Assembly: GCA_965213625.1 (NCBI GenBank)
Contig: CBDBZU010000004.1
Location: forward strand, 2,304,001-2,368,000
Length of the DNA stretch: 64,000 nucleotides
Reading direction: 5' to 3'
Origin: a bacterium
Lineage (GTDB): Bacteria; UBA8248
Positions 1-8,738 of this stretch are shown here, piece by piece (within the stretch, counting starts at the first letter, position 1; every line of letters begins with the position of its first letter). The position numbers and the translations under genes were made by a program. Under the pieces are notes generated by a model. The model was not told where the DNA came from. It saw nothing but the letters and a program-made list of their open reading frames with translations, and made no database searches.

Positions 1-322
1 GGCCGTCTACGAGGCGACGGCCGAGGCCGTGCGCAGGGCGCGCGAGGGCGGCGGCCCGAGCCTCATCGAGGCGAAGACCTACCGCTTCTTCGGACATTCG
101 CGGGGCGACCCCCAGTTCGGCCCCTACCGCACGAAGGAAGAGGTGGACGAGTGGAGGAAGCGCGATCCGCTTACCATCGCGGCGAAGATGCTCAAAATGA
201 CGGAAGCGCAGAAAAAGGCGCACTTAAAAGCCGTGGACGATGAGTTGAACGGGGCCATCGACTTTGCGGAGCAAAGCCCCGAAGCGACGCTCGAATCCGC
301 ACTCGAGGACGTATACGCGTAG
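1..322 (+). CDS. TPP-dependent 2-oxoacid/acetoin dehydrogenase E1 alpha subunit, C-terminal part (5' truncated by the window)
   Basis: GGGPSLIEAKTYRFFGHS..D...YRTKEEVDEW..RDP is the typical E1-alpha C-terminus; an E1-beta gene follows the IS. Confidence 0.9.
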   Translation, partial: AVYEATAEAVRRAREGGGPSLIEAKTYRFFGHSRGDPQFGPYRTKEEVDEWRKRDPLTIAAKMLKMTEAQKKAHLKAVDDELNGAIDFAEQSPEATLESALEDVYA

Positions 323-353
323 CAAAGGGAATGGTGGAATCACTCCCCCTCAA

Positions 354-1874
354 GGGGCTGTTGAAAAAGCCCCGGCATTGTGATTGGGTGTAATGACACT
401 ATCTCGCCCGAGATGGGAGTTCCCTCGATGATAGGCAGCAAGGGGCGCGAGCAGATGGATTTGTTCGTGGCCGGTTCGCTGGAACGGCTGATCCCCGAGG
501 ATCACGTCCTGATGCGCGTGGACCACGTACTGGATTTGAGCTGGCTACGGGAGGAGGTGGCGGATTGCTATTGCGCGGATAACGGTCGTCCGGGGATCGA
601 CCCGGAGGTGGCGCTCCGCTTGATGCTGGCGGGTATGTTGCTGGGCTACGTTCACGACCGTCGCCTGCTTCGCGAGGCGCGTGCGCACCTGGCGATCCGG
701 TGGTTCATCGGGTACGGGCTGCACGAGGAGTTGCCGCATCATTCGAGCCTGACGCGGATACGTCAGCGCTGGGGGGAGGCACGGTTCAAGGAGATATTCC
801 GTCGCACGGTGCAGGCTTGCCTGGAGGCGAATGTGGCGAAGGGGGAAGTGGTGCACGTGGACGCCTCGTTGATACGCGCGGACGTGAGCTGGGAGAGCCT
901 GGCGGCGCACCACGCGGAGAAGGTGATTCAGGAGAATCCCGTCGATGATGAGGTCGGGAAGAAGGGAGGAGGCCGCGGTGGCGGGGGTCCGGTGAGCCGG
1001 ACGGACCCGGACGCGCGGCTTGCGCGCAAGAGCGCGCGGGCGGGGTTCGAGCCGAGCTACAAGCAGCACGCGGCGGTGGACGATGAGCGGGGTGTTGTTC
1101 TCGACGTGTCGGTGACGGAGGGGACGCGGAACGAGCGTGAGATGATGGCGTCCCATATAGAGGCGGTAAGCGAGTTGTCGGGCCGCACGCCGGAGATGGT
1201 GACGGCGGATTCGGGGTACGCGTACTCGAAGGTTTATGGCGAATTGGAGCGGCGGGGCGTGGAAGCGCTGATACCAGCGAAGAAGGAACCCAGCCAGAGC
1301 CGTGTTCCGCTGCAGTTGTTCCACTACGACGCGCGCAACGAGGTGGTGAAGTGTCCGGGAGGCAAGACGCTGCGCCCCCGGCAGGCGACGGAGCGGGGGC
1401 GCTCCTATGTATCGAAGACGCGGGATTGCGCGGGCTGCGCGCTCAGGCCCGATTGTCTGTCGAAGTCGCGCACGAGCAGGACGGTGTTGATTCCGCACGC
1501 GTATCCGGCGCTGTTGCGCGCGCGTCGGTGGCATGCGCGCTGGGGGCAGGAGGAGAAGCGTCTCTATGGCCGCCACCGTTGGCGCTCGGAGGGCTACCAC
1601 GGCGAGGCGAAGAGCCGGCACGGACTGGGGCGGGCGGTGCGCCGGGGCCTTGCGAACATGCGGATCCAGTCCTACCTGACGGCGATAGCGGTGAACCTCA
1701 AGCGGCTGGCCGCCGCTTTTGCGGCGCGTATATTCGCCTTGTGGACGGCCTGTGCCGCCCGGAGACGCCGGCTGCGCGCACATGGCGCCCTCACGCGCCG
1801 ATTGGGCTGCCTCCCCGCCGCCGCGTGAGCCGCCAAAACGCCCGCTTCCAACACCGGGTTTTTCAACAGACCCC
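354..1874 (+). mobile_element. IS1182-family insertion sequence
   Basis: Terminal IRs GGGGCTGTTGAAAAAG (354) and TTTTTCAACAGACCCC (ending 1874). TCAA (or CTCAA) is duplicated at 350-353 and 1875-1878. Encodes a DDE transposase. Confidence 0.9.
380..1828 (+). CDS. IS1182-family DDE transposase (true start may be ATG at 428)
   Basis: LIPEDH, GRPGIDP, PHHSSLTRIR, VDAS, TDPDA, ADSGY and final LTAIAVNLKR motifs typical of IS1182/IS5-clan transposases. Confidence 0.9.
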   Translation: MIGCNDTISPEMGVPSMIGSKGREQMDLFVAGSLERLIPEDHVLMRVDHVLDLSWLREEVADCYCADNGRPGIDPEVALRLMLAGMLLGYVHDRRLLREARAHLAIRWFIGYGLHEELPHHSSLTRIRQRWGEARFKEIFRRTVQACLEANVAKGEVVHVDASLIRADVSWESLAAHHAEKVIQENPVDDEVGKKGGGRGGGGPVSRTDPDARLARKSARAGFEPSYKQHAAVDDERGVVLDVSVTEGTRNEREMMASHIEAVSELSGRTPEMVTADSGYAYSKVYGELERRGVEALIPAKKEPSQSRVPLQLFHYDARNEVVKCPGGKTLRPRQATERGRSYVSKTRDCAGCALRPDCLSKSRTSRTVLIPHAYPALLRARRWHARWGQEEKRLYGRHRWRSEGYHGEAKSRHGLGRAVRRGLANMRIQSYLTAIAVNLKRLAAAFAARIFALWTACAARRRRLRAHGALTRRLGCLPAAA

Positions 1875-1916
1875 TCAAGGGGGGAGTGAAAAAAGCCCAA
1901 GCAGGAGAGAAATGAC

Positions 1917-2897
1917 ATGCGAGAGATTACTTTTGTGGATGCGTTGACCGAGGCCCATCACGAGGAGATGGAGCGCGATGAGCGCGTGATCGTCATGGGC
2001 GAGGACGTGGAGCTTGCCTACGTTTTCGGCGTGACGAAGGGGCTGGCCGAGAAATTCGGGCGGGACCGCGTGCGCGATACGCCCATCAGCGAACTCGGCA
2101 TCGTGGGCGCGGGCGTGGGCGCGGCCATGGCGGGATACCGGCCCATCGTCGAGATCATGTTCATGGACTTCATCATGCTGGCGATGGACCCGCTCATCAA
2201 CCAGGCGGCGAAGCTGCGCTACATGCTGGGCGGGCAGTTGAGCGTGCCGCTCGTGGTGCGCACCCCCGGCGGCGGCGGCGTGCAGTACGGCCCCACGCAC
2301 AGCCAGTGCCTGGAAGCCTGGTTCATGCAGATACCGGGCATCAAGGTGGCGGCGCCGAGCGACCCCGCGGACGCCAAGGGTCTTATGTGCGCCGCGATCC
2401 GCGACGACAACCCCGTGCTCATGGTGGAGCACAAGATGCTCTACAAGATGAAGGGCCCCGTGCCCGAGGGCGAGCACGTCACCCCCTTCGGTCAGGCCGC
2501 CGTGAAGCGCGAGGGCACGGACATCACCCTCATCGGCGTGGGCTACCAGGTGCACAACTGCCTGGCGGCGGCGGATGAACTCGCGAAAGAGGGGGTCAGC
2601 GCCGAAGTGGTCGACCCCAGGACGCTGGCCCCGCTCGATACCGGGACGCTCGCCGAATCGGTCCGCAAGACGAACCGCTGCATCATCGTCGAGGAAGGGC
2701 ACCTGAGGAGCGGCGTGGGTTCGGAGATTTCCGCGGCCGTTCAGGAAGAGGCCTTCGATTACCTCGACGCCCCCATCGGCCGCGTGGCCGCCCTCGATGC
2801 GCCCATCCCCTTCGAGCCCCGCCTCGAGGATTTCGTGCTCCCCAACACGGCGAACGTCGTCGACGCCGCGAAGAAGGCGCTGGGGGTTAGTGTGTAA
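1917..2897 (+). CDS. 2-oxoacid/acetoin dehydrogenase E1 beta subunit
   Basis: MGEDV, RVRDTPISE, EIMFMDF, HSQCLEAWF motifs; RBS AGGAGA upstream. Confidence 0.92.
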   Translation: MREITFVDALTEAHHEEMERDERVIVMGEDVELAYVFGVTKGLAEKFGRDRVRDTPISELGIVGAGVGAAMAGYRPIVEIMFMDFIMLAMDPLINQAAKLRYMLGGQLSVPLVVRTPGGGGVQYGPTHSQCLEAWFMQIPGIKVAAPSDPADAKGLMCAAIRDDNPVLMVEHKMLYKMKGPVPEGEHVTPFGQAAVKREGTDITLIGVGYQVHNCLAAADELAKEGVSAEVVDPRTLAPLDTGTLAESVRKTNRCIIVEEGHLRSGVGSEISAAVQEEAFDYLDAPIGRVAALDAPIPFEPRLEDFVLPNTANVVDAAKKALGVSV

Positions 2898-3093
2898 AAG
2901 GGCTTCGTCCGAGAAATTTGTGGAAAGCTCTGAAGTCTGTGGTGGGTTCATTTCTTTTCAACGGACTCAAACGCTTTTGAGAGAAATGGCGCGCCCGTAG
3001 GAATACCAGCCAGATGAATACCAACCTCGAATCATCGGTAAAGACTCACTCCAAAGTCATGGCCGAAGCGTAAGAATCTGAGTTTCTGGAAGG

Positions 3094-3153
3094 GTAGGGA
3101 CAGGTCGAGACCTGTCCTTTTGCAGGACAACCACTGGTGGGGGGTATCCCTAC
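3094..3153. repeat. GTAG-type REP doublet (REPIN-like)
   Basis: GTAG+GGACAGGTC-GA-GACCTGTCC palindrome, then an inverted degenerate unit ending CCCTAC; related to the 33230 copy. Confidence 0.65.
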
Positions 3154-3263
3154 GAAGGCGAGGGAGCCGGGCAGTTGCCGGAATGGGTCGTTTTGACTTT
3201 TCAAGCGCCTTGAGTGACATTGAAAAGCAAGCTGCTCCACGAGGACAGACAGGAGAGAACCGA

Positions 3264-3596
3264 ATGACGGAATACGAAGCCGCAAGCCTCGCCGTGCAAC
3301 ATTCTGCCCTCGCCTTGCAACAAGCCGCCATATGGGTTGCCGCCGCAGTCGGGGCCGCGCAATGCAGCCTCATCGGAATTGGCCTCTACATCATGCGGCA
3401 GGCCTCGAAGCAACGCGACGCCCTGCACAGGGAAACCATGGCGTCGCTGAACGCTCAGCGAGAGGCGCAAAGCGAACAGCACCGGGAAACCATGAAGGCG
3501 CTGGAAGGCCAACACAAGGCGCTGGAAAACCAGAGCGAAGCGCTCCGGGAACTCATCCGGCGTACGTCTGCGCCATCCGCGCAGGAGGACGGGTGA
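3264..3596 (+). CDS. Hypothetical protein with N-terminal TM helix and Q/E/H-rich coiled coil
   Basis: RBS AGGAGA before ATG 3264; hydrophobic AIWVAAAVGAAQCSLIGIGLYIM; repeated HRETM motif. Confidence 0.6.
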   Translation: MTEYEAASLAVQHSALALQQAAIWVAAAVGAAQCSLIGIGLYIMRQASKQRDALHRETMASLNAQREAQSEQHRETMKALEGQHKALENQSEALRELIRRTSAPSAQEDG

Positions 3597-3897
3597 AGTG
3601 AGAATCACCGCCTCCTCCGTCTTTTCTCTTTCATTACCCTAGCTTCCCAGAGCGCGTGCATTTTTTTATGCAAAATGAAGAACTGCTCTGCGCGCTCACG
3701 TGCGGAGGCGAAGCCGGTGCGGTGGTAGAGGATGTGTCAAAGGGAGCGGTTTTCGAGATGTTTGTTTCTGGTCTTGAAGTCATGTATAATTTTCTCATCA
3801 TCGGCAATTCATAAGGTATTGTGGGTTTTGCGGCTCCTGCCGTGGACCGACAATTCAAGCCAGCGGGAATGCCCAATCTACAGAGGAGATTGGAGCA

Positions 3898-5667
3898 ATG
3901 TCCTCACGCCGAGCCCTGATCGATGTCGCCCTAGGCAATGAACCTGCGGAACTCGCCATCACGAATGGCCGCGTCGTCAATGTACATACCCGTGAAATCT
4001 ATAGCGCCGGGGTTGCGATCAAGGGTGACCGGATAGCGGCGGTCGGCGACATCGATTACGCGATCGGTGAGAACACGGAAGTGATCGACGCTGAGAACCG
4101 CTATGTAACACCCGGCCTGGTCGACGGCCACCTCCACATGTATCACTCCTACCTGGGCGTGAACGAGTTCGTCGAGGGGATGCTGCGGCATGGCGTCACC
4201 GCCTACGCAGACGGCTTCTATGGCCAGGGGATCGTCGGTGGTCGGGAAGCGATCCGGTTTTTCAAGGATGCGTTAGAAGCCACCCCGCTCAGGCTTATAT
4301 TCCTGGTCCCTACTCTCGCGCACCTGCAGAACCGCGAACTCGGCCTCGAGCCCACACCAGGCATCAGCATCGAAGAGATGAACGAGATGCTCGACTGGGA
4401 AAACTGCGTGGGTCTGGAGGAGCCGCCGTTCCTGCCGGTCTGTGAGAAGTGGGAAGATTACCTGGACCTCTTCGACCGGTGCCTGGAGCAGCGCAAAACG
4501 ATTACGGGGCATGCCGCCGGCGCCAGTTGGCGCCAGATGCAGGCATACGCCGCGGTCGGGACCAGTACCGACCACGAGTCCATTGCGACCGACGAGGCGG
4601 TCGACAAGACCCGGGCCGGCTTTCGCCTGCTCATGCGTCTCGGGTCAGGCGCGATTGACGTGCCCGAACTCGTCAAGGCGTATCTTGAGCACAAGGTCGA
4701 CCCGAGAGCGCTTGCCATGTGCGCCGATCTCGCTTCGCCGGAGAAACTGCTGCGCGAAGGCGGAGTCGATGCAAATATCCGCGTGGCCGTTCGAAATGGC
4801 GTGCCGCCTGTAATCGCGGTTCAGATGGCGACCATCAATGTCGCCGAGGCCTTCTATTTGCAGAGGGACATGGGGGCGGTCGCTCCAGGCCGCTACGCCG
4901 ACATCCTGCTCGTCGACGACCTGGTCACATTTGATATCTCCCGCGTATTCGTCGGCGGGGAGACCGTAGTCCGGGACGGCGAGTTCCTGGCGGACCTGAC
5001 CCCCATCGAGTATCCAGGCAACTTCCGCGGGACGGTCAGGATCGAGCGTGAGATCGCCCCTGTTGCTCTCGAACCTCGGACCGATGAGGAGGGCCCGGTG
5101 ACCGTTCGGGTGATCGGCGTGACGGACGGCAGCCTCGTAACCGATGACGGAAGGGCGGTCCTCGACGTTAAAGATGGCGTGATTCAGCCGGATCTCGACA
5201 ACGACGTCCTGCCGCTGACGATGGCCGATCGGTTCGGCAAGGGAGGGGGGCGCATCGGCAACGGCTTCGTGCGCGGCTTCGGGCTGAAGCGCGGGGCGAT
5301 TGCGTCGACCGTCAACGCCGTCTGCGAGAATCTGGTTGCGGTCGGTGCGAGCACGTCCGATATGGCGTTCGCCATGAACAAGCTCGCCGAGATCGGCGGC
5401 GGAAAGATAGTCGTTGCCGATGGCGAGATCCTCGCGCTGGTGGAGTTGCCCCTTCTCGGGCTTTTGTCCGAAGAACCGACGCAGACGGTTACTGCGAAGT
5501 TCGATAAGGCGTTCGACGCCATACGTGAACTCGGGTGCGATCTCGCGAGTCCGTTCTCGCAGCTTGAGTTCAGCTTCGCCTGCGGCGAAATCGGCGACCT
5601 GCGGCTTTCCGACGAAGGGTTGTTGCGGGTTGACCCGCCGGAGATGGTGTCGTTGGTCGTAGATTGA
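3898..5667 (+). CDS. Adenine deaminase-like amidohydrolase
   Basis: PGLVDGHLH, ITGHA, TDHE, AVQMATINVAE, GAVAPGRYADI motifs and an Ade C-terminal domain; 589 aa; RBS GGAG. Confidence 0.85.
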   Translation: MSSRRALIDVALGNEPAELAITNGRVVNVHTREIYSAGVAIKGDRIAAVGDIDYAIGENTEVIDAENRYVTPGLVDGHLHMYHSYLGVNEFVEGMLRHGVTAYADGFYGQGIVGGREAIRFFKDALEATPLRLIFLVPTLAHLQNRELGLEPTPGISIEEMNEMLDWENCVGLEEPPFLPVCEKWEDYLDLFDRCLEQRKTITGHAAGASWRQMQAYAAVGTSTDHESIATDEAVDKTRAGFRLLMRLGSGAIDVPELVKAYLEHKVDPRALAMCADLASPEKLLREGGVDANIRVAVRNGVPPVIAVQMATINVAEAFYLQRDMGAVAPGRYADILLVDDLVTFDISRVFVGGETVVRDGEFLADLTPIEYPGNFRGTVRIEREIAPVALEPRTDEEGPVTVRVIGVTDGSLVTDDGRAVLDVKDGVIQPDLDNDVLPLTMADRFGKGGGRIGNGFVRGFGLKRGAIASTVNAVCENLVAVGASTSDMAFAMNKLAEIGGGKIVVADGEILALVELPLLGLLSEEPTQTVTAKFDKAFDAIRELGCDLASPFSQLEFSFACGEIGDLRLSDEGLLRVDPPEMVSLVVD

Positions 5668-5695
5668 CGCAAACCGGAAACAAGAGGGAGAGATC

Positions 5696-6457
5696 ATGAG
5701 TGACGGAAAGCTGGCGGGCCGCGTTGCAATCGTGACCGGTGGATCGCGGGGGCTTGGACAGGCGATTGCGTGGGAATTCGCGAATGAGGGCGCCGACGTG
5801 GCCGTGGTCGGCCGAGACGAAGACGCCCTCTCTGAAACGATTGACGGCATCGAGCAGCGCGGCGGAAAGGCCGTCGCCATTGCGGCGGAACTCCGTGAAG
5901 TCGCCTCGATTCCAGGGGTCTTCGACAAAGCCGAGAGCGAACTCGGCGAGTCGACGATCCTTGTCAACAGTGCGGGCGTACAGGAGGATCGTCCTGCGCT
6001 CGATGTCACCGAGGAGCAGTATGACGAAGTAGCCGACACAAACATGAAGGCGCTGTTCTTCTGCTGCCAGGAGGCCGGCAAGCGGTGGATCGATCGCAAG
6101 AGCGGCGGACGCATCATCAACCTCGGCTCTATTTTCGCCGTCGTCGGGATGCCCAATTTCTCGGTCTATTGTTCAACAAAAGGGGGCGTGCTGCTGCTGT
6201 CCAAAGCGCTCGCGATCGAGTGGGGGCCACACGGAATCAACGTCAACCTGATCGGCCCCTGCGCCACGATGACAGACATGGTAAGGCCGCTGTTCGACGA
6301 CCCCGATTTCAAGGCGGCTTACATGCCGCGGGTGCCCGCAGGCGCCCTTCCAGATCCCCTGGACATCGGCAGGGCAGCCGTCTTCCTGGCCTCGGACGAC
6401 GCTCGGATGATCCATGGACACCATCTACTCGTCGACTCCGGCTATACGACCAACTAA
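5696..6457 (+). CDS. SDR-family NAD(P)-dependent oxidoreductase
   Basis: TGGSRGLG, VNSAG and YCSTK catalytic motif. Confidence 0.93.
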   Translation: MSDGKLAGRVAIVTGGSRGLGQAIAWEFANEGADVAVVGRDEDALSETIDGIEQRGGKAVAIAAELREVASIPGVFDKAESELGESTILVNSAGVQEDRPALDVTEEQYDEVADTNMKALFFCCQEAGKRWIDRKSGGRIINLGSIFAVVGMPNFSVYCSTKGGVLLLSKALAIEWGPHGINVNLIGPCATMTDMVRPLFDDPDFKAAYMPRVPAGALPDPLDIGRAAVFLASDDARMIHGHHLLVDSGYTTN

Positions 6458-6476
6458 TCGAGGTTCGGGGGGGGCT

Positions 6477-7580
6477 GTGACCCTGGTGACTGACCAAAGC
6501 GATACACCAGGCGGTCCTATAGCAGTCGACCAACCCGGGAACGGTCCCGAACAGGTAACGACCTGGGCCGTCGGCGCTTTGGAGCGTACGCGTGGTCTGC
6601 TGCGTCACGAGGTGCAGCTGCTGCTCGCCCTCGTCCTCCTCTACCTCGGGTTTTCGATCATAGAACCCGACATCTTTATCTCTATCAGGACCATCGAGAA
6701 TCTCGCCAGACAGGCGGGCGTCCTGCTGGTCGCCAGCGTCGGGCAGATGCTGGTGCTCGTCGTGGGCGGGTTCGACATCTCGGTCGGAGCTACCGCGGGA
6801 CTCGCATCCACGGCGCTCGCACTGCTCGTTGACGATTTCGGGTTGTACGGGGCCGTTACGGCGGCGTTGGCGCTCGGAGCCCTTGTCGGCTCCGTCAACG
6901 GTCTTGTGATCGCGTACTTGAGGGTCAATCCCTTCGTGGCTACATTGGCGATGCTGACATTCCTGACCGGGTTGTCAAACGAACTGAGCAGCGGCGCTTC
7001 GGTTCCGATTACCGACCGGGGTGTGAGCGCGTTCGGGGCGGACGAGTGGGGGCCGCTGCCGGGGACAATGGGTGTTGGACTGGTAGTCGTATTCATTGCA
7101 TACCTGCTTCTCAACCGCCTCAGGGCGGGTCTCTACATCTATGCGATCGGGGGGGGGCGCGAGACGGCGCGTCTGTCGGGGATTTCGGTCGCCCGTTACG
7201 AAGTTCTCGCCTATGCGATGTGCGGCTTTTTTGCGGCCGTCGCCGGGGTCATGCTCGCATCCAGGGTCACGCTGGGACAGGCAAGCCTCGGGGCTGGCCT
7301 GGAGCTTGAATCCATCGCCGCGGCGGTGATCGGGGGCGCCGCGATCGGCGGCGGAGTCGGCCGGCTGCTTGGCGCTGCGATGGGGGTGGGGATCCTGACG
7401 GTTCTCACCAGCGGTCTCGAGATCGTCGGTGTTTCGGAGTTCGCGCGCCAGATGGTTACCGGCGTCGTGCTGGTTGTAGCGGTCGCCTTCAACCAACGAG
7501 GACGGCTGGGTGAATGGGCGATCTTCAAGCAAGCGAAATTACTGCTCCGCGGCCGCGGCGTACGGCCCCGCGGTCCTTGA
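6477..7580 (+). CDS. Sugar/nucleoside ABC transporter permease (RbsC-like)
   Basis: GGFDISVG, NPFVATL, ELESIAAAVIGG motifs; start uncertain (GTG 6477 follows the SDR stop). Confidence 0.88.
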   Translation: MTLVTDQSDTPGGPIAVDQPGNGPEQVTTWAVGALERTRGLLRHEVQLLLALVLLYLGFSIIEPDIFISIRTIENLARQAGVLLVASVGQMLVLVVGGFDISVGATAGLASTALALLVDDFGLYGAVTAALALGALVGSVNGLVIAYLRVNPFVATLAMLTFLTGLSNELSSGASVPITDRGVSAFGADEWGPLPGTMGVGLVVVFIAYLLLNRLRAGLYIYAIGGGRETARLSGISVARYEVLAYAMCGFFAAVAGVMLASRVTLGQASLGAGLELESIAAAVIGGAAIGGGVGRLLGAAMGVGILTVLTSGLEIVGVSEFARQMVTGVVLVVAVAFNQRGRLGEWAIFKQAKLLLRGRGVRPRGP

Positions 7581-7616
7581 CGCAACATATCGTTTCCACT
7601 GCCAAAGGAGAACACC

Positions 7617-8738
7617 ATGCGTATGAAATATTTGATTGCCATGCTGAGTCTCGTCACGTTGATGCTTATGTTCTGGGGAGGGAGCGAGGTGAGCGCCCAG
7701 GCCATCAAGATCAGCCCAAAAGATGCGGCCTATGCGAAGTATCAGGCGCTTTCGACGGCGAAGAAGTTGCATTCGAATCTTCCCTGCACGGTTTCTCCTA
7801 CCCCGAAGGAAGCCGCTGCGTACCGCGCGCCAAAGGCGAAGCGCAGGTACACGATCGGCTTCATGGAGCCCACGCTGGCGGGACACTATTACCAGGCAGG
7901 CTCCAGCGGCGCGGTCAAGGCCGCCAAAGAGGCGGGCGTGAAGCTCGAGTTCGTTTCGGCGGGCACCGGATACGCGTCGCCCGAGCAGCAGTTCAAACAG
8001 GCCGAGCGTCTCCTGCTGAAAGGCGTGGACGCAGTCGCCGTCATCCCGACCGATATCCAAGGCGGTGTCGCAATCACCAACCTTTTCCTCCGCGAGAAAA
8101 TTCCGGTCGTGATCGTGGCCACCGAGTCCAGCTCGCCGGATGCATACATGGTGATGCAGGACGACTACCAGATGGGCCGAGATTCGGCTGACCTGCTGGT
8201 GAAAGAGACCGGCCCGAATGCCGGGAAGGGCATCGTGATCGCCGGGCCGGCCAACGCCACCTGGTCGGCCAAGCGGGCGGCTGGTTTCGCGGATCGGGTG
8301 AAAGAAAAATACCCGGGCGTCAAGATCGCCGTCTCGGCGACGCAGAATGTCGATCCCGCCCAAGGGCTGAAATCATTCGAGAACGCGGTTCAGGCCCATC
8401 CTGATATCAAATGGGTGTATTCGGTCTTTAACCTGCTGCTCGATCCCGACTCGCTGCCGGCGCGGTACAAGAAGGTGGCTTTCGTCACGAATGGCCTGGA
8501 CCCTGCCTCCATTCAGGATTTGAAAGAGGGTCAATACTCGACGATCATCGGCATCACACCGACTCCGATGGGTTACCAGGGGGTCGGTCACGCCGTGTCG
8601 ATCCTGAATGGCGATCAGAACGTGCCCGCCCTGGTGTGCATCCCGCTGACGCGGTACACCGCAAAAGACATGCCGCCCGACAAAACGGCGGTGACGCTGG
8701 AGCTTATCCAGAAAGGGTTTGAGGTCTCGGCTAAATAA
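7617..8738 (+). CDS. Sugar ABC transporter substrate-binding protein
   Basis: Signal peptide; Peripla_BP-type motifs (GVDAVAVIP, IPVV, DDYQMG, RAAGF); RBS AAGGAG. Confidence 0.88.
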   Translation: MRMKYLIAMLSLVTLMLMFWGGSEVSAQAIKISPKDAAYAKYQALSTAKKLHSNLPCTVSPTPKEAAAYRAPKAKRRYTIGFMEPTLAGHYYQAGSSGAVKAAKEAGVKLEFVSAGTGYASPEQQFKQAERLLLKGVDAVAVIPTDIQGGVAITNLFLREKIPVVIVATESSSPDAYMVMQDDYQMGRDSADLLVKETGPNAGKGIVIAGPANATWSAKRAAGFADRVKEKYPGVKIAVSATQNVDPAQGLKSFENAVQAHPDIKWVYSVFNLLLDPDSLPARYKKVAFVTNGLDPASIQDLKEGQYSTIIGITPTPMGYQGVGHAVSILNGDQNVPALVCIPLTRYTAKDMPPDKTAVTLELIQKGFEVSAK

